Of a stretch of 64,000 nt of DNA, positions 47,877 to 58,458 are shown piece by piece. The position numbers and the translations under genes were made by a program. Origin of the DNA: Botryllus schlosseri (taxonomy: Eukaryota). The notes under the pieces are model-generated. The model had not been told where the DNA came from, did not search any database, and was given only the letters and a program-made list of their open reading frames with translations. Location of the stretch: the NCBI GenBank assembly GCA_051294905.1, contig CM119384.1, positions 23,250,001-23,314,000 of the forward strand. The letters are read 5' to 3'. Positions within the stretch are counted from its first letter, which is position 1. Every line of letters begins with the position of its first letter.

Positions 47877-49131
47877 ACGGACACTACTTCGCGCTTCTCT
47901 GAGATCTCCAAGAGTTGTTGGTATTCTTTGAGACACAGTAGAGTCGCTCGTTCCGGCAACCCCGCGGTCAGGGTCATGTGAAGCTTCACGGACCCGGTCT
48001 TCTCTAGTTGAAAGCAGCCTTGATGCGTACGGTCTGGGGTCAAATCGAACGCAAACAGAGTGTATCCCGCCTTATAATTCTCAGAGTCGATAAAAAGATC
48101 TTCCTGAGCATCCCACTTCCCGGTGGATTGGTAGACGCTGAAAAACCCCTCGAGGTTTGTGTTTTTATCAAAGTCGAATCTGAAATTACGCCCGTACAAA
48201 AGTTTCCCGTTCACGTTGATAGCCAGATTTCCGACGTGATAGTGACAGAAATTGAATGGGTTTCGAGTCTTACTACCGTTATAGGCAGCGGTCGGGACCA
48301 GACCAATCACGATTCGTCGAGGCGTGACCCCGGAAATCAACGTTTTCTCAATGGAGGTATCACCCGCTCCAAAAGAGTGATTACTCATTTCGAGCTTTAT
48401 AATAGGGTATTTCGCCGTGTGCGTACGAAGCATTGTTTTGTGTGCCAAACTGACAGAGTCTGAAACTTGAATTTGCTTGACGTGCAATTCCACTTTTTTC
48501 AGTATGATTTTAGAGTCGGCAGACCCGAGGAGACAGAAATCGTCATCGTTACGGATTAATCGCAACGACAGATCCACGTTATCCAGTAAATATCTGTCCT
48601 GGTCGAATAAACCGAGCGGTATCTTGCCGATGACCTCGAGCGTTGCACTGCCAGCGGTCAGGGCTTTACGTGCCGTGAAGCCGACGTTGTCTGCCGTGAA
48701 AGTATCCTGCTGTTTCATCGTATCTGGGATCCAGCCGATACATTTCAGATAGGTTTCGCCGGCCGCGCGAGAGCTATTTAGTAGATGGAAAATGAAGCTT
48801 TTGTAGGCGTGATTGGTGTCCGATGTGGTGATCAGCTTCGAGCCCAGATACAGATCGATCTGCTTGAATAAGGCGTCGAATATATCCGACACGACAGCGA
48901 CGTTGTCTGCCCCGATCGTGGTGCAATCTTTTTTGGTAACTTGCAGTTGTATTTTCATAAACGAGCTGGACAAATCCAAGTAATGATCGCTACCTTTCAC
49001 GTTAATCTCAATGACATCGCCCAATTTATCCGGTGTAGCGATCAACGTGCTAGTGTCGGCGACCGCCGTTTGCGTCGGGGGTATCCGCTGTTGAGGCACT
49101 CGGCCGAATTTTCGTGCATCAATTTAGCCAT
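47873..49131 (-). pseudogene. Major capsid protein (double jelly-roll, hexon-like) with N-terminal frameshift
   Basis: MAKLMHENSAECLNSG then frameshift to PPTQT...IEI...HYLDLS...NPFNFCHYHV...GYTLFAFDLTPD, typical Polinton MCP motifs. Confidence 0.88.
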
Positions 49132-49522
49132 CGAATATATCTCTCCGTCTACGTTTCTTGTTTGACGTAGTACCTCCCCGCGCGCCCTTTTTAAGCTTTT
49201 TCGTGGCTTTTCGTTTACGACCCCCGATCGCGGTATCGAGAAGCTGTAGACCTCCTTCTTTACTCCGTGATATAGCGGATTGCTTGAACGAGCGCCCGGC
49301 CACCAAATCTTTCGCGATATTTGATCCGGTACGGAGGATTTGTTTCCCCAGTATCTTGGAGCCTTTTGACACTAGAGGTAAGACCGCCCGGCCTATGGTT
49401 CGAAAAATCGACGCGAGTCCGCTACCGCTTTGTCTGGACCCCCGATAAAACCCGTAATTCCCAGCCCCGGTCTGATAGTGGTGCAATACGGCTTCTCGGT
49501 CACAACAATAGTGCACTTTCAT
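49124..49522 (-). CDS. Basic, amphipathic virion protein (pVI/pX- or cupiennin-like)
   Basis: QTGAG and QSGSG motifs, amphipathic GLASIFRTIGRAVLPLVSKGSKILGKQIL, Arg/Lys-rich tail; located between penton and MCP genes. Confidence 0.65.
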   Translation of the reverse strand: MKVHYCCDREAVLHHYQTGAGNYGFYRGSRQSGSGLASIFRTIGRAVLPLVSKGSKILGKQILRTGSNIAKDLVAGRSFKQSAISRSKEGGLQLLDTAIGGRKRKATKKLKKGARGGTTSNKKRRRRDIFDG

Positions 49523-49884
49523 AACGACACCCTGAGATGTATCGTGAGGTCCAAACCCGAGATGTCCAATAATTCACCATACTCGTCCCTTATATAGATG
49601 TAGAAATACTCGAAACGGTCGAGTCTGACTTTGGCGTAGTATCGATTTTGAAATATATGGTTTTGTCGCTCTCCCTCGTGTAGCGCAACGACTCTTAGCA
49701 ACGGGACCAAAGCGTCACCCACCGGCGTCGACTCGATGTCATTACAGTAGATAAAAGCGTAGAGGCTTTCGCACGACTCACGAACAAAGTATATCTCCAT
49801 AAGAGCAATCTCAAGACCTTTACAATCCATTCCGTGCGGGAGGGTAAATACGGGGCCGTCACCGGTCAGTGTTTGGAACGTCAT
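49519..49884 (-). CDS. Minor capsid (penton-like) paralogue 3, minimal 121 aa
   Basis: FTLP...EIALMEIYF N-half and FIYCNDIESTPVGDALVPLLRVV...IYIRDEYG...LTIHLR C-half with no insert. Confidence 0.75.
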   Translation of the reverse strand: MTFQTLTGDGPVFTLPHGMDCKGLEIALMEIYFVRESCESLYAFIYCNDIESTPVGDALVPLLRVVALHEGERQNHIFQNRYYAKVRLDRFEYFYIYIRDEYGELLDISGLDLTIHLRVSL

Positions 49885-50638
49885 CTCGTAAGTGAAGGGT
49901 CAATTCAATGTCACCACATTTAAGTTCTTTTCCAAGAGAATCTCTTATGCTGATGCGTACGCTACGGAAGCTGTTGGCATCGGCGGGCAGGTAAAACGGT
50001 TTCCTGAATGATACGTGCTGTCGTTTCATTTCCGGTACCGTAACGGGGATGATTCGTAGAAGTCTGGACATATAATCACCTACCGGGAGATGGCGCACGC
50101 AATCGCAATATATAAATAAATACTGAGATTTTACTATCGACGGAATATACCACACATCGAATTCAATGTACTCAACCTCGCGTAATGAGATCGGAACCTC
50201 TCCCTCCTCCGCGATGATGTCGTCAATATCGTATCTCTGATGCTCGTGTATGAGACGGTAGTTACCGAAATTCGCGTAAGGCCCGAGCGTAGATGCGAGC
50301 AGAGAAGAATTCGGTGGAAATCCCTCGCATACCAATCGATTCTGGCTGGGCGTAAAGTACCAGTGATAGCCGTTCACGAGTTCCGCGCTAATTCTTTGCA
50401 TTAATTGATCGATATTATCGAAATCTCCGGTGGGTAACTCATAGACTTCGGTGACGTCTTTGACAATCGTATTCCAGAAGCTCATGGCCGGGGTGGGTTC
50501 TGTGATTACAATTCTTTCTTGAAAGTCATGATTGAAGCTAATTTCTCGGAGAGCGATCTGTTTACCCTCCGATTCGATTTCAACCGGTAATTCAACCGTG
50601 AAATCGGGTCCGCTTCCGAATATCGTGATATAGCTCAT
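49859..50638 (-). CDS. Minor capsid (penton-like) paralogue 2
   Basis: FTVELP...IALREISF; LFIYCDCVRHLPVGDYMSRLLRII...ISIRDSLG...LTLHLR. Confidence 0.8.
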   Translation of the reverse strand: MSYITIFGSGPDFTVELPVEIESEGKQIALREISFNHDFQERIVITEPTPAMSFWNTIVKDVTEVYELPTGDFDNIDQLMQRISAELVNGYHWYFTPSQNRLVCEGFPPNSSLLASTLGPYANFGNYRLIHEHQRYDIDDIIAEEGEVPISLREVEYIEFDVWYIPSIVKSQYLFIYCDCVRHLPVGDYMSRLLRIIPVTVPEMKRQHVSFRKPFYLPADANSFRSVRISIRDSLGKELKCGDIELTLHLRDDVPNTDR

Positions 50639-51438
50639 AACGCTTTGACGGCTCCTCGACGGATCAGTAAAGTCACTGTAACGGGAGCTGTTTTAAACGC
50701 GACAGGGTTATTGTTCTTGTCACGAAGATATACTCGTATATTTCGAATATTACTCTTGGCCAGGGAAAAAAAGTAAGGTTTATCATATACACAGTGCTGT
50801 ATTTTTCCTTCTTGCGCGGTGACCGGAACGCTTCGAAGGAGAGGTACTAGCTCGCTGCCAAATACACGAGGTCTGATCAGATCGGTGTATATATAAATGG
50901 TGTCTACATCTTTCACGATGGTTTTCGGTCTGATTAAGAACTCTATTGGTTTTTGTTTCTTCAAAACATGATGTTCCACTGTAAAATAACGCGGAAACGT
51001 GTCCTCGATGCTGGTGAGACGCGGACCCGCACCACTGATTTTTTTGACCCGTATCAAGGGCTCGTCGGCCTGTGGAAATCGACTCTTGAGATACCTAAAG
51101 CTCAAGCCGAACACGCCACCGGTATATTGCTTGATTGTAATTTCTTTCTCGTATCGCAAGCGAAACTGTTCCAACAGATCCGGGACACTGCGATACTTGC
51201 CGGGCGGTATGTAATACACGTGACGATGGCCGCTGTCAGAAAATTCGATACCCGCACGCTTGTGGTCTACCGTGAACGTGGGCTGGAAGCTCACTGGGAA
51301 CATGATCTCAGCAAGCGATGCCTCATATCTTTCTGTATCATATTTTAACTCGGAGAATAGTTGGGTTACAAAATCGTTCGCGGTGTTACCCTTAAAAACG
51401 CTCATTGAAGAATTACTCGGTAAAACCAGAAGAGTCAT
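50635..51438 (-). CDS. Minor capsid (penton-like) paralogue 1
   Basis: LVLPSNSS...GNTANDFVTQL...EASLAEIMFP; IYIYTDLIRPRVFGSELVPLLRSV...VYLRDKNN...VTLLIRR (canonical Polinton penton motifs). Confidence 0.85.
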   Translation of the reverse strand: MTLLVLPSNSSMSVFKGNTANDFVTQLFSELKYDTERYEASLAEIMFPVSFQPTFTVDHKRAGIEFSDSGHRHVYYIPPGKYRSVPDLLEQFRLRYEKEITIKQYTGGVFGLSFRYLKSRFPQADEPLIRVKKISGAGPRLTSIEDTFPRYFTVEHHVLKKQKPIEFLIRPKTIVKDVDTIYIYTDLIRPRVFGSELVPLLRSVPVTAQEGKIQHCVYDKPYFFSLAKSNIRNIRVYLRDKNNNPVAFKTAPVTVTLLIRRGAVKAL

Positions 51439-51610
51439 CCTCGTCGGCGGTTTGGAGAGACAGTACCCTAGTTAACGAAGATAGATCCGTCTGGGTTTCG
51501 GTGAATAAGTTATACACAGTTACCCCCACGATAAAAAGCAGTATCGCGAGCTGTAGAACCACCAAATGTATCCGTAACGTACCCCTCTGCGATAAATCCA
51601 TGATTACCAC
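51413..51610 (-). CDS. Small single-pass membrane protein
   Basis: Hydrophobic run IHLVVLQLAILLFIVGVTVYNLF, acidic tail; fills the gap between integrase and penton 1. Confidence 0.5.
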   Translation of the reverse strand: MVIMDLSQRGTLRIHLVVLQLAILLFIVGVTVYNLFTETQTDLSSLTRVLSLQTADEDDSSGFTE

Positions 51611-51631
51611 GGTCGAGTTGTCGTGTCTGTT

Positions 51632-52632
51632 TTATACAAAACCGTCAACGTAAGAGTCCATCGATTTCGGATAACCCTCCCAGCGCACTAGATATCTCCG
51701 CTTGCGCCCCCTACCGACCACTTTCTGTATCGATTCTACGCGATAGACATCGTCTTTTTTATCGATGGCTTGTAATTCACTCTCGTAGAATGTTCCTCTA
51801 ATCACGTCCCCGTTATAATCTCGGATGGTGTACGTAGCGGGGCTCCCCCATTTCCGTGTGTGTACGTAGAATATCTCGCGAGTCCAAGACCCCGCTGTAC
51901 CTTTTGCAAACGTGGCACGTCGGGTGGTAATTCGGACTGGTTGATCGGGGGATAGCTTGGGTGACACCGGAGGTCCGGTTCCGTTGTATAATCTATCGAA
52001 CACCAGAGACGCGTTGCTATTGGTAACCTCCGACGGTCGCATTAAAATCGCGGTGTGATACGTTTGGTTATAGCTCTCTGCGATATCACACAACACGTCG
52101 ATGTAGCGACGTGTGCGGTTCTTGACAAAGTAGCGATTCAATACGTTGCGGGTCGTACGGATTACCCGTTCTACGATGCTAGCCTTAGTATCGCTGTTGG
52201 TAAAAAAGTGCTTGACGTGGTTGTCTCTAAAAAACCTCTGTATAACCGACCCCGTGAATTCTTTCCCGGCATCGGTCTGAACGACGTGTGGCCTCTTATG
52301 TGCGAATACCTGGTTGAAGCCCTCGATCATATCTACGGGACGCTTTCGCTTCGTCGCGTGTAAAACATATATTTCGAAAAACAACAAATTGACACCAACA
52401 CATAACGGTAGCCGTCATTGCTACTAGAAATATTAGACAAGTCCATGAGGTCACTCTGGATCTGAATGAATGGCCCGCCGACGATCGTCTTCTGGCGTTG
52501 AAATTTGCCTGTATACGGATAGAATAGGGTGTAGCTATCCTCTTGTTTCAAATCCTTCTTGTCGGGGTGTAGGTATTTACCGCGATAGCTCGCCGGCGCT
52601 TTGATATCAAAATATTTATCCTTACTCGTCAT
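51632..52632 (-). pseudogene. Retroviral-like (rve) integrase with C-terminal chromodomain, frameshift ~52360
   Basis: IQSDLMDL...YVLVSICCFSKY / VQTDAGKEF...KASIVERVIRT; YRVESI...YLVRWEGY chromodomain. Confidence 0.9.
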
Positions 52633-53068
52633 CGTCGTAGGCCGTCCACGATCCGTAGAGCTGGGGCGGCTTCCTGTTAGCTCGCCGGCTACGTTTGATG
52701 ATCTCTTGCAGTGGCGGTGATCTTTTGGCTATCTTGCTTGTGACGGGGGTACTTGGAGACGACGGGGCTTTCGGTGTTACTTTCGAGGTGACCGGCTTCA
52801 CTTTGTGCAGTAATTCACGGAGAGTGGCTATCTGATCGTTCGTGAACCCGTTGGAGGTGTTGGTAATCTTCATCTGAAGAGGCTTGTCGATCTGACCCCG
52901 TTGACTTTTATACTTTGAGATGGCAGAGTTATACAAGGACAATTTCTTGTCAGCCGAAACGTCCATAGTCAAAATCGCGCTGATCGATCGGTCCAACTCG
53001 GAGTTCAAATCAGTCGCGTTAGAGGGAGCTAGAGGGTTAGGCGATATGATCACTTTTTTGAAATTCAT
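52622..53068 (-). CDS. Hypothetical Polinton protein with basic S/T/P-rich C-terminus
   Basis: 148-aa ORF overlapping both neighbours (ATGA at 53065-53068). Confidence 0.6.
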   Translation of the reverse strand: MNFKKVIISPNPLAPSNATDLNSELDRSISAILTMDVSADKKLSLYNSAISKYKSQRGQIDKPLQMKITNTSNGFTNDQIATLRELLHKVKPVTSKVTPKAPSSPSTPVTSKIAKRSPPLQEIIKRSRRANRKPPQLYGSWTAYDDDE

Positions 53069-53439
53069 TTTTTGCCAAAAACAGATTTCAACAACGACGC
53101 CGCCAATGGCAGGATTGATAAGATACCGCTAATAAAACCTCCTCGTTGGGTGTTGGCGTGTAATACACGTCTCTTGGTCTTCAGGCTCAACTTCTTAGTT
53201 GTCAGCTTTCGAATTTTGTCTTTATGCGGGTGTAAATTTTGTATATGGCGTTTTGACAGTCGCAGATTGCCGTTCAAAACATTCACACAGACTTCACAAA
53301 ATGCCTTCACCAAACCAGAAGAGCTTCCCAATAATATATCCTTCCTTACCGCGGGCGACGCCTTGGACAGAAATTTCAAAGTCTCGCCGTGCTTCTTAAT
53401 ATAACAGTGACGTTTCGGCAGCGATTTGGTCCGAGCCAT
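53065..53439 (-). CDS. Conserved basic Polinton core-like protein
   Basis: VKAFCEVCVNVLNGNLRL...HKDKIRKL...TQRGGFISGILSILPLAASLL; QxGG followed by an amphipathic helix. Confidence 0.75.
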   Translation of the reverse strand: MARTKSLPKRHCYIKKHGETLKFLSKASPAVRKDILLGSSSGLVKAFCEVCVNVLNGNLRLSKRHIQNLHPHKDKIRKLTTKKLSLKTKRRVLHANTQRGGFISGILSILPLAASLLKSVFGKK

Positions 53440-53474
53440 TGTGAATATAGTGTCAAAGTGCCGGCACTTTCGCT

Positions 53475-53481
53475 ATTTATA
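53475..53481 (-). promoter_or_regulatory. Candidate TATA box for the structural gene block
   Basis: TATAAAT on the minus strand ~36 nt upstream of the ATG at 53439. Confidence 0.35.
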
Positions 53482-56400
53482 GTGGCGTGTACAACACGAG
53501 TTCATCCCCAGGAAACACCCCTGTTTTAACACGACTAGAATCTGGTGTGGCTTGCGTCAAATCTATAAAAAGGTACCCGTGAGCGTTCTTTGTCGCGTCG
53601 GCATACGCGTCAACTAGAAATTTTGAGTTACCGGGGAACATTTGATTGCCAAGAACCCGAATCTGAGATCGATCTCTAGAATTACGCATGATAATCAAAT
53701 ACTGGGTGCTGAGACTGAGGTCCCTCGATCTTTTGGACTGGAAATATAGATTTTGTACCGCGAATATTGTGGTCACCGAGCCGTGATTCGCGTAGACTGT
53801 AAAAAAGGGGGTCACCCATGGCCTACTAAAAACACGGCCTTACAGTCTGCCTATTGACCTGAAAATTAAGAGGCCAGCTCCGAAACAGTGTAAATCTCAC
53901 GGTTATACCTACGCAGATGGTAAGTAGCGCGCAAGTCAAAACCACAAGTGGATTCTGACCAGGATTTATTGTGTTAAGATGATGGAATATCGTTTTAACA
54001 CGGAAACAATCATTTTAGTCCCAAAAGAGCTGCTGGTCAGGTGGATAACCCACTGATATCACTGCAAAAACTCGTGCGGATGAATACAGTTGTTGTAGTT
54101 GTTGTTGTTGAAGAAGTCAAGACATTTGCAGTTGTGCGGGTTCCACCGTGTGTTGTTGTTCGTCGCATTGCACTTGTTTCTTTCGCTGTCTAGACTCTAG
54201 AGTATATTCAAGAGCTAAGGGTCAGTATTATCATTTGATAAGTTAGTTGGCAATCAGGTTACGGTTCCTCGACAGTGCCAGCGGTTCAAGTTGACGCGAA
54301 GAACGTCGTGTTCGAACGGCTCCATTGTAGTATCATAATCTGCTTTCTCGCAAACATAGTCTTGGATACGGTAGTCTATTTGACGAATTGTATAACTGGT
54401 AGCTTTGGTTCTAAGACATTTATGATGACGAAGGCATGTTCATTGTAACTGTTTCTATAGAATTTCATTAATTGTTGCAAGGCTTGGATATGGTGCTGTG
54501 GCGGAATACTATTTTAAAGTGATATATACTTATAGGCTGATTTGTTAATAGGCTATTCATTTTCTAGTGTAGTTAATAGGCGATGGCCGATGGTTCTTAA
54601 GTGCTGCGTGGTTGGTGTACTTTTGGATATACTACTGTGAAATCTGCCAAAGTCTCAAGCAGGGGATCAGCATGTTACGTACTATGAGCTATGTTTGGAA
54701 GGCTTTCCAAAAATCAAGAATGCCATGAAAATTGACGTCAATTGAGGGTGCAGATGCAGCATAATGGGATACCTGTGCCTTTACCAACATGGTTCCGCAC
54801 AAGCAAGAATACTCTGCTCAAAAGGAAATGCGAGCTACTAAACTTCCCAAGCTATTTGGATAGTCTAACTGATCCGGATCCCGAAGTAGATATTTTAGAG
54901 GAGCTGCGTAATCTAAGATACCACAAGGCTGGAAATACTCTGGCATCATCTAGCACTATGATCCGGTACTGCTTGCTTTTACGTTCTATTTCTTGCCAAG
55001 CGTACAAGACACTTTTGGAAATGTTCCCTATGCCATCTTTGAGCTGTTTGCGAACAAGACTAAAGGGACTGTTGATTTTTCAAAGGCCATGGAAATTTCT
55101 GAGGATGTCATTGTGATGGTGGATGAAATGTATCTGCAAAAATTGTGCAATATCATGGTGGCAAATGTTATGGTGCTGATGAAGACGGAAATATTTGCCA
55201 AGGCGTTATAGTGATAATGATCAATGGACTTGAAAAATCGCTTCCTTTAGTCCTACAAATTTAACCAGAAACACAAGTTTAAGGTGCCTCGTTAACGCAA
55301 AAGCTGTCTGATCTCGGATCTAGGATTTAATGCGAGAGGTATTGCTTCTGACAACCACAGCACCAACGTTCGTGCTTTCAATATGCTGTCATCACAGTTA
55401 GGATCAAACTCCGAGTTGTTCATCAGTCATCCAAGTTGCAAGACAAAAATCTATCTATTTTATGACAACATTCATTTGGTGCAGAACCTTCGCAACAATC
55501 TACTGAATGCTAGGAGATTTTCCTTTCCATCATTATATATCAAAGGTGGCGATATATCCATAATTAGCCCTTCTGGTTATATTGCATTGCAATTGGAGTG
55601 TAATTTGCGAATGGCTCCAAAGCTAACAAAAAAGCACTACATCCTGGCCACAACAAGCAGAACGTCAACCTGGCACTGGCTATCTTTGATGAAAAAACCA
55701 TAGCAGCTTGCTCCAAATACCTTCCAGATAAGGCGGATACCTATTGCTTCATCAAAGTCATACATATGTGGTGGAGTGTTGGAAACAGCAAGCAGAGGTA
55801 CTTCCCTAATAGTCTTGGTAATGCTGTCATTCTACGGACTGCACCGAGTGTAGCTTACCCCTCACGACTGATGAAACCGAAGAGGAATATGATGAATATT
55901 TCAGTTTGGTGGATAGGCCTAGGGGACGGTTGACTGTACCTGCCGTTCAAGGTGGCCCATTTTGTATTTGATTCTTTCGCAGTCCTAGATTCAGCTAATC
56001 AGCTCATATCTAACCGTGGCACTGTTCCTCTGCTCCGTGCAGCATTATGTGTGTTGAAAGTTGTGTTAGGTAAATCCTGAATTGGTTGTAATGCACATAG
56101 TGAAAATAGGCTAGTACAAATGTCACGTTCAAAAAAATTGGGAACATTTTTTACAATAGTCAGCAAAAATTTGCGAATTCCTCACTAAGTGAATTTCGCC
56201 AATTTAAAGAGAGGCAAAGGCAAAAGAAGTGATTGTCCTGTAAGGCTGTGATATTTGTTCCCTAAGGCTCTAATTCAAGAGTTTCTCTACCCATTTTTCA
56301 TTGATTATACAAATTTCGTTCCTAATTTTTTCGTTATATATTGCTGCAATATACTATTTTTTACATACATTGTGCACCGGCGTGTTAGTAGAGTACCAAA

Positions 56401-56842
56401 GACAGGTAGCATTATGACAATATCGCATTTTCTGACCAATTGAGTGCACAGCTGGTAAGGGTTGGAAAGTTGACTATAGGCCTCTTAATTTTCAGGTCAA
56501 TAGGCAGACTGTAAGGCCGTGTTTTTAGTAGGCCATGGGTCACCCTGTCCGAAAATTCCATTTTATCGTCAATAATTAATAGAGTAGGACAGGGGCGGCT
56601 TGTCGCCAACTCATCCAAAATGGAGAGATCCGAGTAAAACTCAACGCCTTGCAGCTCGTTAAAGGTGTCTTGGTAAGCCGTATAGCAATAGATAATTCTT
56701 TTCGCCCCTTTGAAAGCTGATCGATATTTTTTATGACTTTAAATATAAAAGTACTCTTCCCCGAAAACGACGGTCCTGCCAAAAGACACGACCTCCCTGT
56801 CGAGAAATCCATCACCAAGGCTGTTTTGACACGACGAGACAT
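53477..56842 (-). pseudogene. FtsK/A32-type packaging ATPase split by a P element and frameshifted
   Basis: Walker A GPSFSGKS, Walker B LLIIDD, then SDRVT|PFFTVYANHGSVTTIFAVQNLY after removing 53817-56537 plus one TSD copy. Confidence 0.88.
53817..56537 (+). mobile_element. P-superfamily DNA transposon (degenerate THAP transposase)
   Basis: ~59-bp perfect TIR CATGGCCTACTAAAAACACGGCC...; 7-bp TSD GGTCACC; MVLKCCVVG THAP start (~54590); MPSLSCLR, VMVDEMYL, FYDNIHLVQNLRNNLLN remnants. Confidence 0.88.
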
Positions 56843-56961
56843 GTATTCACAAAGACACTTCTATATATAACAAGGACAGGTACACGAAAAAATATGCCGA
56901 TTCAGAGCGTCACACAAACCGTCCACACAGCGAATCTTACAATGTCCACGAGGCCGTCTTT

Positions 56962-57837
56962 TTACACCAGAAGCGAGGTGTCATAATCGACACGAGAAGA
57001 CGAGGCATCATCAGGGCTCAGTGGTGTCATGGCCAAGACTCGAGGTCTACGAGGGGGAGGGTAAGGTGATACCCGGCCGGGTGACTTTTTTATGATTTTA
57101 GTCAGATTCGGTCTTGGTAGCACTGGCGACTGATGTATGTCTCTGGCACGCTGTGGTGTCGCCACGACAAACGGGGCAGTCAGATTCGGTCTTGGTATCA
57201 CTGGCGACTGATGTATGATGTCTCTGGCACGCTGTGGCGTCGCAACGACAAACGGGGCGTCCACCACGGTAGGTGATGTGTCAACGGATTTAGGGGCGCG
57301 ACGATCTTCTCTATGACCCGTTCGGAGATAACCCTGGTTCATGAAGCGGTATCGGTTGTTGTCGTTTCCTTCGTGAGTCATGCGCTGATCGCGACTCTGT
57401 ACGCTGCAGGCGGCACGATCGGTTGGGTCTGTGAAGCCAACTTGACGACGATTCAAGATACGGGCGTCAGTCAGCAGTCGGCTCGTCACACCATCGCCTT
57501 CATATGTGAACACAGGTAGAAACTGCAGCTCCGTCACACACCGCAACAGGTCGTCTCGAAAGCTCACCCATTCTAGAAGACAAAGGATAGTTACACATGT
57601 GTCGGGTAATGACTATTACTGCTTGTTACCTGGTCTCAAGGTGGTGGCAGTGTGTAGACGATCCTGCAACTCTTTCTTGAAGTGAGTAGTTTGCTGATCG
57701 GTCAGATTGTCTTCCAGCAGAATATCTTTCAGCACAGAGACACGATGCCAGTTGGCTTGGGTGTCGTGGTGAAGTCTATCGAGTGAAAGCTGGCCACAAA
57801 CATGACTAATGAAATCGCTAGCTGAGTCATGAGTCAT
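56962..57837 (-). CDS. Predicted spliced accessory gene (exons 57837-57630 and 57572-56962)
   Basis: Donor CCAG|GTAACA (57629) and acceptor TTGTCTTCTAG (57573); the 57-nt intron joins the two ORFs in frame (RP-E-WVSFRDD). Confidence 0.55.
57101..57259. repeat. In-frame 78/81-bp tandem duplication
   Basis: Encodes APFVVATPQRARDI(I)HQSPV(I/L)PRPNLT twice. Confidence 0.85.
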
Positions 57838-58215
57838 CTGGGAAAAAACAAGAATAACACACGTATTACAAACTGAAACGCCGCCTTCGAAAACTAGTCG
57901 CAAGCGACAGGCGTTGATGATAGAAAAAGCGTTCAATATGGAACAAAATTTCACAGTGAGCACCAAAAGACAAGCAATGTATGCCAGCAAAATAGTGTCT
58001 TCGTTTTAACATGTCTTTAACGTGCCGCCGAAACACTATAAAATAAAATAATAGTAAGACTCCATACTTGTGTCACAATATACAACCCCACCTGTTTTTA
58101 GGAATTCCATGTGACTCGACAGGTCTTGTAGCTGAGACGGGCGAGGAGGACGCCAGCAGATTCTTGTGTCTATGAATAAACGTGCCTTAGCAACGACAGA
58201 GAGCTAAGAGCATAT

Positions 58216-58458
58216 TTACACACCCCCAATCTCCTCCAAGATGTTTCTGAGTCTTCTGACGTCCATGTTCAAAGCCTCTATCTTCAAGACCTCAGCCAAA
58301 AGCTCCACCCGGTCTGCCCCACATTCGTGTCGTATGATCAGACCAAACAGAACGCCAATCTCGAACTTGTCTTTCTGCTCGCGTGGAGGTAAATGATCGT
58401 ACCCAGACATGTACTCCCGCAGCGGGAAGAATTCTGCATGATCGATGTATTGATCCAT
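58216..58458 (-). CDS. Hypothetical 80-aa Polinton protein
   Basis: ORF preceded by ATG|GTGAGT...TTCTCAG, a 59-nt putative intron (58517-58459). Confidence 0.5.
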   Translation of the reverse strand: MDQYIDHAEFFPLREYMSGYDHLPPREQKDKFEIGVLFGLIIRHECGADRVELLAEVLKIEALNMDVRRLRNILEEIGGV

